A stretch of 35,987 nt of DNA, from positions 248,001 through 283,987 of the forward strand of contig JAMDHS010000018.1 in NCBI GenBank assembly GCA_029717555.1, read 5' to 3'. The position numbers were made by a program, and so were the translations under genes. Below are positions 11,461-22,160 of the stretch, piece by piece. The notes beneath the pieces were generated by a model that searched no databases, had not been told where the DNA came from, and saw only the letters and a program-made list of their open reading frames with translations. Position 1 is the stretch's first letter; every line of letters starts with the position of its first letter. The stretch is from Peribolospora baueri (lineage: Eukaryota).

Positions 11461-12738
11461 ATGACCGACCCGTATTCCATGGCCTCCATTACGTACAGCA
11501 CCTCTTCCTCTTCGTCCGCTTGGCCCATCGCAGCGTACCAGATGGACCTTCTTCGCGCCTGCTTCTCACGCAGAGCAAACGACAAGGCGGGCGAAAGTGG
11601 CCAGGCCGCAGGAGGATCCAGCGGCAAGAGCTCAGTCTCGTCCTCCGCTGCCGCCACCACCGCCGGCACATCTTCACCTCATGTCGGCGCTGGCTCAAAA
11701 CCGGGGTGCGTGTTTTGTGACGTGAGCGAGAGCAAGGGCTTCAACATCGTTCTCGAGGTCAGTCAGGCCAAAGGAGAGCCATGCCGGCGGGCGCCGGAAC
11801 GTCGCTAGTTGCAGCTCTCGTCTTCCTCTGGTCGTCATGGACACCCGGGCCTTCTTTCTTCCCCCACTGACGTCGGCCCCTCTCTCCGCCACGCCGCCGC
11901 CTCCGACCAGGACGACGAATACGTGGCCTTTCAAGACCGCGCGCCGAGCGCGAAGCGTCACTTTCTTGTCGTTCCCAAGCACCACGTCGGCAATGTGAAG
12001 ATGCTGAGACAGGCGGACGTCGCGTTGGGTGAGGTTCGGCTATCGTCGTGGCCCGCCGCCGCCGCCGTCAAGCGATCGAATAAACGACCGTGGCTGACAG
12101 GAGGCTCCGCATCGCATCTTTTCCACCTCCTGTTGTGGCGCGTTCAGTCCGAGCGATGCACGATTTCGGCCAACGTGCTCTCGACAAGGCGGAAGCGGAC
12201 GACGGCTTTGGTGAGACGAAGCGAGAACGAAGGTGAGCGGCCGTGAGCGACCGTTTTCTTTTTCTTTTTGCCCCCTCCGCCGTTTGAATTGTCATAAGAG
12301 TCGTTTCGCACGTACCGGACAGCGGTTGTGGGTATTTCACCACGCGCTTGCTTCTCGCTCGACGCTCAGGGCTTGTTTCCCCATTTCTTTTCAATGGCAC
12401 GTCGACGGTCGCAGATTCGGCTTTCACATCCCGCCATTTCGCAGGTGCGTCCCTTTTTCTGTCTTCCTATGCCCAGTAGTCACAGACCGCCGCTTCGCGT
12501 CCACACCGTTGACTGTCTCCTCCACGACTGCCGCCATCCCGTCCCCGCTTCCCTCAGCGTCGACCACCTTCACCTCCACTGCCTCTCCCTCCCCTTCCTC
12601 TCCCATTGGCAGTCCTGGAAATACCCCATCGCCCCCTCTCGAGGCGCCTACAGCAAGGGCTGGAGCTGGTTCGTCGAGGTGGAGCAGTGCGTCCGCATTT
12701 TGGACAAGGGCGAAAGAGTCTCGGTTTGCGCTTGTTAG
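11461..12738 (+). CDS. HIT-family nucleotide hydrolase, HINT3-like, 5 exons (start could be 11437, 11461, 11479 or 11542)
   Basis: Spliced: CVFCDVSESKGFNIVLE|DDEYVAFQDRAPSAKRHFLVVPKHHVGNVK...|FGFHIPPFR|SVDHLHLHCLSLPF. It has a CxxC, a HxHxH histidine triad and the GFHxPPF motif. Stop TAG at 12736-12738. Confidence 0.85.
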
Positions 12739-13045
12739 GGGGCGTGCGCGTGTTCTCCCGTCTTTTTTTTTCGCCCCACAACACATCCCTCCGCACGCCC
12801 TGTTCTCCACCCTCGACCACTCATTCAGGTAGGTGGAAGGCCCACCGCCTCGTCTCTCGCTTGCAAAGTGGAATGACGCACGCGTGCTGGGAATCGGAAC
12901 GCTTAGGGAATAGCGTGACTCGAACGGGCGTCAAACGGGGTTGTGAACTCGCTCGCCCAGACTCAACGCCGGGTCAGAAAATTAAAAAGGGAGTTCGCAA
13001 TAATCTATGTTGGCATTCCAAACGTACCTGCCCATTCGCCTCACC

Positions 13046-16000
13046 TCATCCCAAAAGCCCCGCAACGCCGGCCTGCAACAGGACAGGCCAATAAGCGAGA
13101 CACATGAACGGCAGAAAGTTGGCGCCGAGAAGGTGGTAGTCCCATAGGGCCCTGCCTAGAGCGAGACGGACGGGTTCTGCACCATTGATGAGGGTGGCGA
13201 GGGAGAGGAGGCCTGGAGGAGAGAGGAGGAGGAAGAGGGGGAGGAGGAGGGCTTTGGATGCCGCGAGACGCGTGTTCACCTTCACCGACGAAGACGACTC
13301 GACGCCTTTGCTGGCCCCCGCCAGCGCTTCGTCGGGCTCGGGAGAAAAGCAGAGGACAAAGGGCAAGCCGAGGAAGACGGCGGTGACGGCGGCGAGGCTG
13401 AAGTTGAGCACGGACATGACTGCGATGAGCATGCCTGCCTCGACCAGCGTGAAGGCTCGGATGAGGTGGGAGGTGGAGGAAGGCAAGGAGCGGGCGTGGC
13501 TGCCGCGTTCGTTGAAGATGGTGGCGACAAGGACTGGCGTGAGCAAGGTGGAGATGGTGAGAGCGGGCAGCTGGAAAGAACGACGGGAACGGTCCCACAC
13601 GTTAGTCGAACCACCACCGTGACAGATAGCTCGGGGTTTCACATCGGCCCCTCTTGCCGTCACTCACCGAGATGGAGTCTCCTCGATCCACGCGTCCGAA
13701 CGCGTACAGGTACACAGCGCCGACGCTGTGGCATACGAGCATGACGGCCAGAGCTCTTAAGACGGGTCTCCGTCGTCGTCGCTCCGAGGCAGGGCCTATC
13801 ATGTGTCCGTCCTTCAAGCTCAAACGTTCCGTCTTCTCCTCCCCCCCTCCCTCTTCGGACACAGCCGTTCGCGCCCACAGCGTGAGGCCAGTCAAAGTGA
13901 TAGCGATGCTGATCATGAGCGGCGCGGGGAGATATGAGTTTACGGAGACAAAGGTGTGAGGGGTGGTGAGAATGTAGAGGAATTGGGAGTGGTGAAGGCG
14001 CTCGATGAGGTTAGAGAATGAGCGTAGAAGGGACTCGACGATTCTGTGGTATAGCGCGATTCGTTCGATTTGGGAAAGAACGTCAGCGACGCGCAAAGGG
14101 GAGGAGACATACCCCGGGAATTCGGAACCGATGTAACGCTCACCGTCCTAAGGTGTGAAATCCATGGGGCCCGGGCGCAGGCACGGCGAAGACGGTGAAT
14201 GCGTCCACACGGAAGCTGAAGACCCCAGCGTTCAGAGTTTGAGCGATCGTCCTCTTCTCGATCTGCGCTCGCGCCGGGCAGAGACTCACCGATGGAAAAG
14301 CCCGTGGCCGCCGCTTGGATGCCCGAAAGCCTGATGTTCGACCTGACGAAGCACGTTCCTAGCTCGCTTTTCATACTCTTTCACCTCTCTTTTATCCATC
14401 CATCTCGAAATGAGCCGTCCCACGACGCCAAGCTTGTTCAAGAGCGGAGAGGCAGAGCCGTGCGTGTAGGTGTCCGGACGCAGGTCGTCCGTCGCGTCAT
14501 GCAGACGAATCGGAACGCCACCACCCGGGAGGTGTGTTGCAATCTTTGTGAGAGAGTTGAGCACGTCCATGTTGGGAAGTTGGCCGTTGAGCCCCTCTGC
14601 GGTCGATCATACGGATGCGAGCGAAAGAGGAAGGAATGAGCGGGGTTCACACTGCGAAGATGACGACTCGGAGAAAAGACGCATTGACGTACCGTAGAAC
14701 AAGCCGAGATGACTGAAAGAGTCTTCCGGATAGTCGATGTTGAGGGCGGTCCAAATCGTGCCGCCATTCGTTCCTTCCAGCTGATCGGCGTGAAGGTCTA
14801 CGACCATTCGTTGCGAACATCATTTCTCGATCGATCGTAAGTCTCCCAAGAGACACGTATCCGATATGGACGCACAAGTTGAAACGAAAGAATTGCGGAA
14901 ACTCAACTCGTTTGACCCGTTCCGTAATAAGCGGCGAGCCACGCCTGCATCCCATCCAGATGTCCGTCATTGACGACGAAAATGAGGTCCTTTGACCAGT
15001 GCGAGTACTCTGACATGAAAGGAGAGAGCATGGTGATGCGGCGGACGGCTCAGCATACGGCCGGACCGTGCGGCCTCTACACTGAACTAGGGCTGGTATG
15101 TGACACTAGACTCACCGCTAAGGTATCTGGCGAGGGCGAGCACGATAGCCACGCCCCTCATATTGAGCCGACCTCCGCCTTCCCAGCCAACCTTGGACGT
15201 CGGCTCGTTGGCTGTGCCTTTGTCTTCGGTGCCGTTATTATGCTGAAGAGAATCCGCTTCGGGATCCGGTGCAAGTCGGCTTTGCCACGCTGCTGAGAGG
15301 ACGATGGCTTCCCGGCCGGAGGTACGTGGGGAGCGAAGAATGGAGTAGACGTTGACGCCTGAGGCTAAAGAGCTCTTCAAAGACAGCGAGAAGAAGGCTC
15401 GCACGTCAGACTAAATTTCTTTGAAGGCGTTTACGAGCAGAATCAGAGTCGACTCACGTTGGACGGCGTGGTGAACGTATACCTCTGTAAGCCGGTGGGA
15501 AGTCCCAATTCGCGGAACTCGCTCTCAAGGAAAGCTGCCCGTCTGCAGCAGTGGGCCAACGAACAAGGAGAATTATCAGCGGGCAAACGCCGGTGTCAGT
15601 CGGGAGTCGTGCGAAACCGCCATCATGGACGCGCTCACTCCTCTGCGTCGCCTCGGGAGGCGATCTCAACCTTGTCGGAGAGGCGGTCTGCATGATGCAC
15701 GTCTGACCAGCCCCAGTTGGTCGTGACCTGTACAGAGTAAAGCGGTTTTCCCGATGAGCGGCGACCCGCTGAAGCACGAGGGTATGGGCCACCGGTAACG
15801 CAAGAGTCCACAGCGACCGGACCGAGCGGAGTGGGAGGTATGAAGCGCGCCTGGACCTGGGGCATCATGGCCGGCTCACCGTTCCTGGCTGAAGGGCGTT
15901 CTCGTCCACGTACACTTCCCGTCCATGGCCCTCCCAGCCGATCAGCAGGAGCCATGCGTAGCCTGCCAGCAGGAGCCCTAGCCTGTTGTCCCAAAAATAT

Positions 16001-16323
16001 AAAAAGGCAAACGAGGGAAGGATGGGGAAGAGGTGTAAAAAGGAGGCGGCGAACAAGCGCAGAAGAGAACTTACCAAAGGAACCTACCTCAATAAAGGAA
16101 CTACCTTGCCAATCGCCCTCGCCAGCGCCCGTCTCCTTCGAATCCTCGCCGCGTACACGGCGTTCTGTCTCTCCTCCGGCTGCGGTCGTGACGAACTTGC
16201 GGTGCCCGTCAATGACGGCGGGAATGGTTGAGCATCAACGGTGGAAGAGAAGGGGACGGAGCGACCGTACCGAATGCGATGTCGTATCCGATGGCCCAGG
16301 TGGGCGAGCGGGCGAGCGAGCAT
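13046..16323 (-). CDS. GAA1: GPI transamidase subunit Gaa1/GPAA1, multi-exon
   Basis: Spliced: EVYVDENALQPG|VTTNW, GVNVYSILRSPRTSGREAIVLSAAW, HWSKDLIFVVNDGHLDGMQAWL, GLNGQLPNMDVLNS, HGLFHR|FRVDAFT, GR|IVESLLRSFSNLIERLHHSQFLYIL, LNFSLA, followed by multiple C-terminal TM segments. Confidence 0.92.
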
Positions 16324-16587
16324 TTTGGCTGGCAGTTTGAAAAGAGGCAGGGCTGGCTGGCTGCTTTGTTTGGTATGGGGAGTGATCGACGAGCGTGTTC
16401 GTAGCGTTTGCTGCGGATGGTGGTGGTGCGGCTGCGGTCGACGTACGCTCAGCTCACAAGAAACAAGCCGAAAGGTACTTCCTGTGGAACCGCGGTCCCA
16501 ATCGCCATCAATTCGGCCAGCAAATCGACAAAACAATCGTAACGCCATTCGACAAGCTAAGCCAGACCCATTTCAAGAAGGGTAATT

Positions 16588-17303
16588 ATGGCATCCAAGC
16601 GCGCTGCCCGTGCAAAGGGAAAGGGACGCGCTGTCAACCCCCCCACGCCACCACAAGAGCCCCTTCCCGGGCCGGAGGCTGTGGATTTCGCGACGCCAAC
16701 CGAGTGGACGCGAAGACCTCGAGCCGGCTGGGGACGACGATTATCAAGCAATCGTCGAGAAACGGCGTCGGATCGCGGGGATCGTTCGGAACGGTCACTC
16801 CCCTCGCCGTGGCTATTGGCACGCTCGACGCACGCGCCGCAATCGACATCGCGTGGGAAATGATGGCACCCGCGGAGCGTGACTTCTACACCTGGTGGGC
16901 AAGGGTGGCACGATGGCACCCATGGATTGGGAGCGGAACCGTCGCCCAATCACTTCGCGTACCGGAGGTAGTGGCAAAAAGACTCGTCGCGCCGCTGCAC
17001 TAGCCCGTACCTATAGGGCTCCCACTACCACAGTGCGCGTGGAGAACTACTTGTGGTTCATCCATGAGTACCCAACGATGGTGCCACTATTGACCGCCAT
17101 CGATAATTGGAGCAGAGCGGAATGCGACAGGCGGAACGGATAGGGATCCGCGTCACCACGCCGAATACGTCGCCGCACGACGTCTGCAGGCTCTTCACGT
17201 AGATTGGGAGAACAAGTTCTTCGCAGATCTCAATCGCTTGAGGAAGATGGCTGCAGACGCCGCCAGCATGCTACAAGCAACGATTGCCAGTACGCTCAGC
17301 TAA
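16588..17303 (+). pseudogene. frameshifted orphan reading frame (pseudogene, decayed element ORF, or local assembly indels)
   Basis: Protein-like segments in successive different frames join into ~235 aa if five single-base shifts are assumed. No splice sites explain the shifts. Confidence 0.45.
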
Positions 17304-17475
17304 AGCCGTGTTGCGACGTCGATGAAGCATCGGTCAAAGGAAGCCTCTCCCCCAAACAAGGCCGAAGGGGTGCGCTGGACTGCACCAAGGTGAACGCTAC
17401 AACTCCATGCGATTCCACTAATCAGACATGGACGCTCATACAGCATAGTCGCCAGGACGTGAGGAGCGCGAGACG

Positions 17476-17510
17476 AAGGAAGGAAGGAAGGAAGGAGAGA
17501 AGAAAGGGAG
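17476..17510. repeat. (GAAG)n purine tract
   Basis: gaaggaaggaaggaaggaaggagagaagaaagggag is seen directly. Confidence 0.75.
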
Positions 17511-17803
17511 GGATGGGAACGGAGGACGGACGAGATCGACGAATACAGGTACATGCATACGTTACACGCCGAGAGACGAGACGGTCTGGCGCCCGTTGTT
17601 CCGGTTCGCGTCGCAAGAGCTGGAGCAGGCGGGGAAGTGATACAGCGTACGGAACGAGACGAGGACCGGAGAGGAAGAGTGGGTGCAAACGGGCGGAACA
17701 CTGGGGGCAGGTGACAAGCGGCAAGAGCTGATTCGGTCGAGAGTGACGAGAGACGGGAAAGAAAGGCAAGGGGGAAAGAAAAAGGCCGGGCGCCGGTCGT
17801 TCG

Positions 17804-20800
17804 TTACATAGCCCAACCAATCTCGTATCTCGTCTCCTCGCCGACAACGTCCAAGGATGCACAGCTGTCCCACGCGAACGGCATCCCTCGCTGGCTGTCG
17901 TCGCAGCTGTCGGGCGACTCGGCGCCGTCGTCGCAGCTCTGGACGTATCGACCGTCGTCGCAGCTGGTCAAAGTGCTGACGGTGGAAGAGCGGTTCGAGC
18001 GGTCGGCGCACGTGGTGTCGGACGAACAAGAAGAGGAAGAGGAAGCATCGCTCATCATCAGCAACGTTCCTAGCGCGTAGCCGGGATCCACGTCGCCATC
18101 GCTGGCGTGCGACTCGTTGGCGACAGAATTTGAGGCATCTGCAGAAGGCGGGTGCGGTGGGGGGAAAGAGGGCGGACGAGTGCTCGGCAAGGACGACAGC
18201 TGGGGCTGTTCCGAAATGGGAGCCTCGTATCCAGTAGGCGGCTCGTTCTCCTTCTCATCCTCGCGCGACGACGAACAGGGGATCGAGGGCAACTTGGACA
18301 TACTCTCCTCGCCAAAGTCCAAGCCTAGCCCAAGTCCGAGTCCCCCGCCCAATCCGATGCCGAGGCCGAGACCTGGGTCGGGCTTGTCCTTGGTCGCCGG
18401 CCCAACGTTCGCTCCGAAGTCCGCACCCGCACCCGCACCAGCACCAGCACTGGCAGAACCTTCTTTCGGGGTCGCGGCATAGCCGTCGCTGTGATCCGCC
18501 GTAGCAGGACTTCTCGGATCATCGAGACCGAGGATGGGAGGATTGAAGGGCTTGTTGAGCTTGGCAAGCATCGCGTTGAACGGGTCTTCCTCTCCGTCCT
18601 CGACGATGGAGTGTGTCAGGCTTGTCGCCGAGGTGGAGGCGGTGAGCGAGCTACCCCAACTGGACATGGACAGGAGCGAGGGCAAGGAGGACAACGCCGT
18701 CGAGGTCGACGAGGCGAGCGTCGATATGGACGTGGACGGCGGCGGCACGCTCCTAGACCAGGGCGAGTTACCGTGTGCAGCCAAGATCTCCGACAGCGGC
18801 GGCGTCGCTTTGGCGGACACGGCGGGGGCGGCCATGGTGGCTTTTTGCGCACCGCTCAGTTTGACCGCCGTCATCTTGAAGCCAAAGCCCGTCGGCGCAG
18901 GCGTCGATGTCGTGGAGGGCGTGGGCGTGGACATTCCGGGGGAGCGCGGCGAAGAGGCTCCGACGAGATGAGGCGAAGAAGCACGCGGCGAAGAAGTTCC
19001 GACGAGATGAGGCGAAGAGGCACGCGGGGAAGAGATGCCGACGAGGCGGGGTGAAGAGGAGCGTGGGGAAGAGGTGCCGACGAGACGAGGCGAAGCGGAG
19101 ACGACGGCGATGGTGGCGTCCTCCGCAGAGTTGACCTCGTCATCCTCGTCGGTCGAGCTGCCGTCGTCGTCGTCGTCATCATCGTCCGACGCCCTCTCTT
19201 CGGCGTCCTCGTTCTTGAGGTGGATCTGTTCGAAAGCAGAGTATCGAAAAGGCGACTCCGATGACGACAGCGCCTCGACTCGGACGCTCTCCCGCTCTCG
19301 CTGCGCGTCTTCGAGCCCGACTATAGGCACTTCGACCGTGTCGGCCCAGTCGCCGGCCAGCTTGCCATCGAAGCAAGCCGTCTCCCGCCTGCTCTTCTCC
19401 TCACCGTCCCGAGCGTTCCGGCCGACCCTGGGACTGTAGACCAGAACGGGCGTGGGTGGCAAGATGTTTACGATCGGCAACGCGCCGTCCACGTTTTCCT
19501 CCGCAGTCACCTTTGTAGCCTCTCCGGAGCCACAGTTGGCATTCGGGCGAGGCGAGTCGATCGTTTGCGCCGGTCGCCGCAAGGCCGCTGTTCGAGGGTT
19601 AACTGGCTCGAAGTGCGGTGGGCCGGCGCGGTGGGGAGAGGAACCACGAGCGGACTCGGAAGGGATGGGGAGCGGGACGGGGGGACCGTCTGCCTTGATA
19701 GCTTCGGCGAAGCCTTCGTCTTCACCCGTCAAGATCTTGCCCAACGAGCCCGTTCTTCGACTCCTTACGAGGCCCTTGCCGATCCCGGTGACTCCGCCGA
19801 CAAGGGAGGATCCGGAGCCGGAGCCGGAGCCGGAGGAGGAAGCAATGGAGAAGATGGAACCAGTGGGCGAGCCGAGAGCCTTTTCGAGCGAGCCGGAACG
19901 GGAGCGGCTGCGGAAGGAGGAGAAGAAGGACTGGGAGCGTTTCCTCCTGTGACCGATAGCCCGTGGGCCGAGGATGCCTGTCTCCGAGCGGCTGTGTGAA
20001 GAGTGGCCGCCGCCGTGGGGAGATCGCCTGCCGAGTCCGGCGGCTTCGTACGAGAAGGTGAGTACTGGAGGTGCCGAGTGCAGCGCAGGCTCGATAGACC
20101 CGTCTTCTGTGGCGGGGAGACGACTGAGTCGGAGGGCGGGCATGGAGCGCTTCTTGGCGAGCGTATGGCTCGAGACGCTGCCTTGCGGCGCTGCGTCCGA
20201 CGGAGCGGGGAAGCGAAAGGCGGCTCGAAGGTCGGATGCGGGTTTGTCGCTACCGCTCACGAGGGAGGAGATGATTGGTGACATCGGATGGGCTTGCATT
20301 TCAGTTGCTTGAGCAAGGCTAGCCTCGAGAGTGGGAGAGAGGACCCAGGTGCCTCGGTGGAAGCGCATCAGCTCGCGCACTCGCTCTTCGTCGGTGGGGT
20401 CCTGGGTGAACGCGCCTGCGCCGACGCCGGCGACGCCGTGCGGACTGCTATCGCCTCTAACCCCGTCCGCGGAAGAATCCCGTTTGTCGTGGTGGGAGCC
20501 ATCGGACATGAGTTTAGGAGAACGGAACAGGAGGGATCGTTGAGAGCACTGTGACGGTCGGCTGGGTTGTGATCGTTGCGAGTCGAGAGACGATTGGTGA
20601 CAAGGCACGAAGGTCACCTTGTGGTCCTCGGGCAGTGCTGACCATGACCCTTGTTCGTTGTCCGGGCTGTCAGGCATCAGCGCAGGGCTGATGCCCAACC
20701 GAGGGTCGAAGTCCTTGAAGGCAGCGGGGGATACGGACTTGTACTTGCTGGCCTTTCGATCCTGACTGGACTTGACCGGTGGCGACTGCGCCTTGACGTC

Positions 20801-20857
20801 AGTCCGCACAGGCACGGGCGTGTTGCGCCGAGAATAGAAGGAAGGAAAGGATGGCAT
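17804..20857 (-). CDS. large single-exon Ser/Pro-rich intrinsically disordered protein of unknown function (~1017 aa)
   Basis: An uninterrupted 3-kb ORF from ATG 20857 (MPSFPSFYSRR) to TAA 17804. It contains acidic tracts, basic kinase-type motifs (KKRSM, RRKRSQS, RSRSRSGS) and internal tandem repeats. No domain recognised. Confidence 0.75.
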   Translation of the reverse strand: MPSFPSFYSRRNTPVPVRTDVKAQSPPVKSSQDRKASKYKSVSPAAFKDFDPRLGISPALMPDSPDNEQGSWSALPEDHKVTFVPCHQSSLDSQRSQPSRPSQCSQRSLLFRSPKLMSDGSHHDKRDSSADGVRGDSSPHGVAGVGAGAFTQDPTDEERVRELMRFHRGTWVLSPTLEASLAQATEMQAHPMSPIISSLVSGSDKPASDLRAAFRFPAPSDAAPQGSVSSHTLAKKRSMPALRLSRLPATEDGSIEPALHSAPPVLTFSYEAAGLGRRSPHGGGHSSHSRSETGILGPRAIGHRRKRSQSFFSSFRSRSRSGSLEKALGSPTGSIFSIASSSGSGSGSGSSLVGGVTGIGKGLVRSRRTGSLGKILTGEDEGFAEAIKADGPPVPLPIPSESARGSSPHRAGPPHFEPVNPRTAALRRPAQTIDSPRPNANCGSGEATKVTAEENVDGALPIVNILPPTPVLVYSPRVGRNARDGEEKSRRETACFDGKLAGDWADTVEVPIVGLEDAQRERESVRVEALSSSESPFRYSAFEQIHLKNEDAEERASDDDDDDDDGSSTDEDDEVNSAEDATIAVVSASPRLVGTSSPRSSSPRLVGISSPRASSPHLVGTSSPRASSPHLVGASSPRSPGMSTPTPSTTSTPAPTGFGFKMTAVKLSGAQKATMAAPAVSAKATPPLSEILAAHGNSPWSRSVPPPSTSISTLASSTSTALSSLPSLLSMSSWGSSLTASTSATSLTHSIVEDGEEDPFNAMLAKLNKPFNPPILGLDDPRSPATADHSDGYAATPKEGSASAGAGAGAGADFGANVGPATKDKPDPGLGLGIGLGGGLGLGLGLDFGEESMSKLPSIPCSSSREDEKENEPPTGYEAPISEQPQLSSLPSTRPPSFPPPHPPSADASNSVANESHASDGDVDPGYALGTLLMMSDASSSSSCSSDTTCADRSNRSSTVSTLTSCDDGRYVQSCDDGAESPDSCDDSQRGMPFAWDSCASLDVVGEETRYEIGWAM
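18938..19093 (-). repeat. 4 x 39-bp coding tandem repeat (SP[R/H]LVG[T/I/A]SSPR[S/A][S/P])
   Basis: The translation reads SPRLVGTSSPRSS SPRLVGISSPRAS SPHLVGTSSPRAS SPHLVGASSPRSP. Confidence 0.9.
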
Positions 20858-21940
20858 CGCGAACTGCCGACGGTGGAAGCAGAGAGAGGGGAACAATAAA
20901 GAAAAAGGCGAGCCAAGATGTCAAAAGAGACGTGAGGGCGACCAAGGAGCACAGCACTCGGTCGACAACGAGCCAGCGCGGAGATATCAGTCGTTCAAGA
21001 TAGGAGTGCCAGGGGAGTGAGGGGTAGGCAAATCGGAGGGCGAGGGCGATGAAGGCACGGTGTGGAAATGGTGAGATGGGAGAGAAGTGACGACAGAAGT
21101 CGTTAGCAAGCGTGTGTGGAGAGACGCAAGGTGGACAAACAAGGAGACAAGGAGACAGGGGGAAGGAGACAACGATGGGAGGCGTGGAGGAGGGTCGTGA
21201 CAATCTTAAGAAGTTGCTGGTCGCAGGACGCGCGACGGGCTATCCGCCTGGCACGGCACAGAGACCGCCCGACACGTATGATGGGACGAACGAAATGAGA
21301 CAAGTCGAGACGAGACGAAACGAGACGGAAAGAGAGGAAGAGAAGAGGAAGAGTGCAAGTCTTGCCGAAACAGGAAGAGACGGCAAATTGCGATCGATGG
21401 AGACAGCAAGCAATCCATCGACGTTCCTTTCCCCTCCTTGCGCCTCGCATCCATTCCCCAGAGTGGGCCAGCCTCATGCGCCAGCGGGGGTGGTGTCGTC
21501 GCTGCGCTCGTCCTCGTCCTCGTCCTCGTCGATCGACGGCCATGGCGTCGGGCGGCGCAAGCGCTGTCAGTGTCAGCCACGCGACCTTGGGCGCTCCGTA
21601 TGAAGGAATGAATGAGATTGGAGACTGGTTGCGGAGGAAAGGAGGACGAGGGACGCGACGGCGAATGGGAGGCGGCCGACGTCGCGCCTTTGCCGGCACG
21701 GTGTGGCACTTAGGGTGCGGAGGAGGGCTCATTATGAGGCGCTCGCCTTGGCGATGGACAAAGGACGAGACATCTCATCTCCCTCCGCCCGACGCGATAT
21801 CCATCGCAAGTCGAGACATGGAGCGTCGAGACATGGACGGCGCGCCCCCATCTTACCATCGATCGTGATGGCGAGCAAGCAAGGAGCACGAACGCGCGCC
21901 AGCCAAAGACGGCGCGCCCGGGCACGCAGGTTCGCGTGGG

Positions 21941-22160
21941 ATCACGTGCAGCCGCAGCCGCCGTCGGATTCAAGCGGGCCAAGGCGGAGGGAGGGAGACG
22001 GTCGTCGCATCACGTGGACACCCAGGCGGCGAGGCACGGCTCCCTCCTCCCCGTCCCATGTCCCGCAAACGTCTAGTTGCCTACAGGCCAACCAACATGT
22101 CCGTAACTGTAGTTAAGGCTTCCGTCTTGGACGCCAGCGAGACACCGCTCCGAATATATA
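21941..22160. promoter_or_regulatory. putative regulatory elements in the divergent intergenic region: two ATCACGTG boxes and a TATATA box
   Basis: ATCACGTG at 21941-21948 and 22009-22016, and TATATA at 22155-22160. Function is inferred only. Confidence 0.35.

Noticed and set aside
12880..12970. B-box-like GTTCGAGTC on the - strand (possible tRNA)
   Set aside because: The flanks do not pair as a T-stem, and no cloverleaf or A-box was found.
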